From an uncultured delta proteobacterium (lineage in GTDB: Bacteria > Desulfobacterota > Desulfobacteria > Desulfobacterales > B30-G6), in contig CAWGLD010000005.1 of NCBI GenBank assembly GCA_963823335.1, positions 224,001 through 288,000 of the forward strand: 64,000 nucleotides of DNA, given 5' to 3'. Under the pieces are notes generated by a model, which saw nothing but the letters and a program-made list of their open reading frames with translations, searched no databases and had not been told where the DNA came from. Below are positions 60,551 through 64,000 of this stretch, piece by piece. Position 1 is the stretch's first letter; each line of letters starts with the position of its first letter. Position numbers and translations under genes: made by a program.

Positions 60551-62482
60551 TTGGCTGAAAATAAAAAAGAGACTTTACATTCTTTAAGCTACGGTTGGTG
60601 TGGAAAAATTTTAAAGGTTGATCTTTCTTCAGGCGTCATCACAAAGATTGACACCCAGCCGTATGCAGACCGTTTTTTAGGTGGACGGGGAATCGCTACT
60701 CGTCTCTATTGGGAAAATGTACCTGCCGCAGCCAAGGCGTTTGACCCGGAAAATCATTTGATTTTCATGACAGGACCAATCACGGCTACCGGTGCTCAAG
60801 GCGCATCGAGGTTTTCCATCATCGGAAAATCGCCAATGCTGATGCCAGAGGGGTTTTGCTACGGCAATATGGGCGGATACTGGGGCGCTTCATTAAAAAG
60901 AGCTGGTTTTGACGGACTGATGGTATCCGGCAAGGCGGAGAGACCTGTTTACCTGTTCATTTCTGACGGGAACGCAACAATAGAGGATGCATCCGGGATT
61001 CATCTTGAAGGGGTTAAACAGGTCGAGGAGTATTTGCGCCAGACCCACGGGAAAAAAACACATTTCATTACAACAGGCCCAGCCGGGATGAATCTATGCC
61101 GCAATGCGAACCTGATGACGGATAATGAGGGCAGTGCAACCGGGGGGTTTGGCGCGATTCTAGGTGCAAAAAATTTAAAGGCAATTGCAGTGATAGGCAC
61201 TCAATCTCCCCGGGTAAGCGACCCTGTGGCGCTAAAGGAACTCAATCAGTTCACCATAAAGTTAAACAAGCGTGATACTTCCTTTAATCCATATCCGCCT
61301 GATCAGATTTCCCGTAAAGGAAAAGCTTCATGTTTTCAGTGTGGCTTGGACTGTGTCATGCGATCCACCTATAAAACCCAATCGAACAGAGAGGTTGTCA
61401 GAAAGTGTCAGGCCATGTTTGTGTATTTCCCTTGGGTAATGGGACGCCAGGGGGAACCGGCTGAAACAGCTTTAAATGCAACCGGACTGTGCAACGATTT
61501 GTCCATATGCACGATGGAGATGGCAAATATCATTCAGTGGATAAGTGCGGGTTACAAGGCTGGCTATTTAAACGATGCCCAAACCGGTCTTGAAATTGAC
61601 AAACTGGGCACATGGCAGTTTTTTGAAGACCTGTGCGACATGATCGCCTATCGAAAAGGATTTGGTAATCTTTTGGCCGAAGGTCTTTTAAGAGCGGGAG
61701 AAACCTTGGGGGAGGAAGCCAAAAACCTGTTTGCCAATGAGGTTGCAGGTGTCGGCGACGGTGCCACGTATTCTGCAAGAGAGTACCTGATGAATGGTTT
61801 GCTGTATGCCTTTGAACCCCGACAGCCCATTGCCATGCTGCATGAGGTCAGCAGAACGATTGGCATGTGGGTTATGAACTTGCAATATCCAGGATCAACA
61901 CCGGTTTCCGCAGATGTTTACCGGGCAGCAGCAGCTAAATTCTGGGGCCATGAAAAGGCCTGGGACCTGAATACGCATGAAGGAAAAGCCATGGCTGCCA
62001 CACGCATAATTGATCGCACTTATGTTAAGGACAGCCTGGGGCTATGTGATTCCTGCTGGCCATTGATGTTTTCACACCACACAGACGATAATGTGGGCGA
62101 TTCAACCTTGGAAGTCCGCACATTCAATGCAGTTACTGGAAAAGAAATCGATGAAGACGCTTTGTTGAAAATCGGTGAAATCATTTTTAATCAACAGCGT
62201 GCTATCCTATTACGGGAAGGTTGGAACCCAAGGAAAGATGATACTATTGCAGACTTCAATTTCACCGATCCGGTCCAATCAGTTTTTATGAACGATGAGG
62301 TGCTTATCCCTGGCGAGGGTACTGTTGTTTTAAACCGTAAAGGCCAAGTTCTGGACCGTGAAGTCTTCGAGGAAATGCGGGATGAGTTTTATCGATTAAG
62401 AGGGTGGGATCCAGAAACAGGATATCCTGGGGCAAAAAAACTTCACGAACTTGGACTCTTAGACCTTTTAGATGCGAAGTGA
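60551..62482 (+). CDS. Aldehyde:ferredoxin oxidoreductase (W/Mo AOR family)
   Basis: GKILKVDLS, LGGRG, AGFDG, GAKNLKAI, CFQC..C, DSLGLC, YRLRGWD. Confidence 0.9.
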   Translation: MAENKKETLHSLSYGWCGKILKVDLSSGVITKIDTQPYADRFLGGRGIATRLYWENVPAAAKAFDPENHLIFMTGPITATGAQGASRFSIIGKSPMLMPEGFCYGNMGGYWGASLKRAGFDGLMVSGKAERPVYLFISDGNATIEDASGIHLEGVKQVEEYLRQTHGKKTHFITTGPAGMNLCRNANLMTDNEGSATGGFGAILGAKNLKAIAVIGTQSPRVSDPVALKELNQFTIKLNKRDTSFNPYPPDQISRKGKASCFQCGLDCVMRSTYKTQSNREVVRKCQAMFVYFPWVMGRQGEPAETALNATGLCNDLSICTMEMANIIQWISAGYKAGYLNDAQTGLEIDKLGTWQFFEDLCDMIAYRKGFGNLLAEGLLRAGETLGEEAKNLFANEVAGVGDGATYSAREYLMNGLLYAFEPRQPIAMLHEVSRTIGMWVMNLQYPGSTPVSADVYRAAAAKFWGHEKAWDLNTHEGKAMAATRIIDRTYVKDSLGLCDSCWPLMFSHHTDDNVGDSTLEVRTFNAVTGKEIDEDALLKIGEIIFNQQRAILLREGWNPRKDDTIADFNFTDPVQSVFMNDEVLIPGEGTVVLNRKGQVLDREVFEEMRDEFYRLRGWDPETGYPGAKKLHELGLLDLLDAK

Positions 62483-62868
62483 AGCCAGGCCAGAATACAG
62501 CAAATATTCTGGTTAGATTTATACTACATTACAAGTTTCATAAAGGAGTTTTCTGCTTGAAAAAATGTAGGCCTATTTAAGATTTGCTCATTCTACCAGA
62601 TTTTGGCGAATTAATACTTTGGTATACGGCAGTGCGGCAGGTCTTAATCTCAATTTGAGGTTTTGACACCTTATTTCCAGATAAAAGGTTTGACATCCGG
62701 CCGTCAAGACGGGTAATAATTGAAAAATATAGGGTGGAAGATGCCTTCGATATCTATCTCACAATCGGATTGCTTTCGATTTGTACCCTGGCGCACATAC
62801 TCCTCTCAAAGATTCAAACACGCTCCAACATCACCAACGAAAACCCTTTCAACTATGGGAGGCTCCAA

Positions 62869-63348
62869 ATGATCAAAACCATCCAATTTACCCTCAACGA
62901 CAAACCCGTTCGTGTCGAAGTCGACACGGAGCGGACACTCCTATGGGTTTTGCGAACTGATCTGGGCCTTACCGGTGCAAAATATGGTTGCGGAGAGGGT
63001 TTGTGCGGTGCTTGCACGGTCCTTTTAGACGACGAGGCGGTTCCCTCGTGTCAAATGTCCGTAGGGTCCGTCGCGGGTGGGAACATAAAAACAATTGAAG
63101 GTCTCGCCAAGAACGGGCAGATGCACCCCATCCAACGGGCCTTTATCAAGCACGATGCCCTTCAATGCGGGTTTTGCACGCCCGGCATGATTCTCAAGGC
63201 CTATAGTCTCCTGGTTTCGAATCCAAAACCGACCCGCGATCAAATCATTTCGGGAATGGACGCCAATCTTTGCCGCTGTGGCACCCATATTCGGATTGTT
63301 CAAGCCATTCAAACCGCATCCGAAGAGCTGAAAGGAGGCAGACCATGA
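62869..63348 (+). CDS. 2x[2Fe-2S] small subunit of xanthine-oxidase-family enzyme (IorA/CoxS-like)
   Basis: GGGAGG RBS; GCGEGLCGAC, QCGFC, NLCRC. Confidence 0.93.
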   Translation: MIKTIQFTLNDKPVRVEVDTERTLLWVLRTDLGLTGAKYGCGEGLCGACTVLLDDEAVPSCQMSVGSVAGGNIKTIEGLAKNGQMHPIQRAFIKHDALQCGFCTPGMILKAYSLLVSNPKPTRDQIISGMDANLCRCGTHIRIVQAIQTASEELKGGRP

Positions 63349-64000
63349 TGACAAAAGAGACCTTCGTGGGAAATGAAATCGGCCAAACTGCCCCTTTCGC
63401 ATCGCTAAGTAGAAGGGAGTTTATAAAACGCATGGGCCTGATGGGCGGTGGCCTCATCGTCTATTGTACCATAGGAGATATAACAGCCCAGGCCCGGGCT
63501 CCGAGAGAGGGCTATGCCGGTAGTAATGTACCCACCGATTTCAACGCTTTTCTGCGAATCGGCATAGATAACCGGGTAACCTGTTTTGTGGGGAAAATTG
63601 AAATGGGCCAAGGCCCCATTACCTCCTTTGCCCAGATGCTGGCCGAAGAGCTTGACGTCGCATATGAGTCGGTGGACATGGTCATGGGGGATACGGACAG
63701 ATGCCCGTGGGACGCGGGAACGTGGGGATCCCTGTCGACCCGCTATTATGGTATCTTCGTGAAAGAAGCCGCCGCAGAGGCCAAAGGGGCCCTGAAGGAA
63801 TTGGCCGCCGAAAGACTTTTATGTCCTGTAACGCGCTTGGTCACGGAGAATGGTATCATATCCGACAGAAAACATCCTATGTCCCGAGTGACCTACGGAG
63901 AGCTGACTACCGGGAAAATCATTGAACGGCATTTGAAAGAGCTGCCCCCTCTTAAGCCTGCATCCGAATATATCATCAGTGGCAAGTCCTATTTGCGAAG
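63345..64000 (+). CDS. Tat-exported molybdopterin large subunit (IorB-like), runs off the window
   Basis: SRREFIK Tat motif; AFLRIG, GKIEMGQG, MLAEELDV, GDTD..GTWGS. Confidence 0.88.
   Translation, partial: MMTKETFVGNEIGQTAPFASLSRREFIKRMGLMGGGLIVYCTIGDITAQARAPREGYAGSNVPTDFNAFLRIGIDNRVTCFVGKIEMGQGPITSFAQMLAEELDVAYESVDMVMGDTDRCPWDAGTWGSLSTRYYGIFVKEAAAEAKGALKELAAERLLCPVTRLVTENGIISDRKHPMSRVTYGELTTGKIIERHLKELPPLKPASEYIISGKSYLR

Overview
64 kb from an anaerobic Gram-negative bacterium; gene content suggests Desulfobacterota (inference). About 1.6-31.8 kb is a corrinoid-dependent methyltransferase island: two V4R proteins, a soluble Cys-rich/PAS/GAF kinase and NarL-type regulator, then an MtrH-family methyltransferase, two MtaA/CmuA (UroD-fold) methyltransferases, a corrinoid protein and an ASKHA reductive activator. 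Accessory genes include DUF1638, three COG0523 GTPases, two MeaB GTPases, two CobO, six thioredoxin-fold proteins, a TrxB-like reductase, a GcvH-like/DsrE pair and a mini-SMC ATPase. The main result is four apparent selenoproteins that the ORF track truncates or splits. Each has an in-frame UGA at a Cys-equivalent position followed 20-32 nt later by a hairpin with a GG(U/G) loop: a methyltransferase (PG-U-D), a DsrE (UPPC) and two thioredoxin-fold proteins (UIAC, UIPC). Next come B12 uptake genes (btuFCD, cobalamin riboswitch, DUF4465, btuB, BtuH-like) with a shared C-terminal CFI tag beside a CPBP protease. Housekeeping genes follow (ugd, ileS-lspA-holA, argC, folD, secA, clpS-clpA-aat), then a decayed toxin-antitoxin pair, an AOR and the start of a Mo-hydroxylase. 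Intergenic DNA holds several MITE/REP-like families and an 18-nt-period array of six covarying GNA-loop hairpins. All family calls are by eye from motifs, with no database searches.
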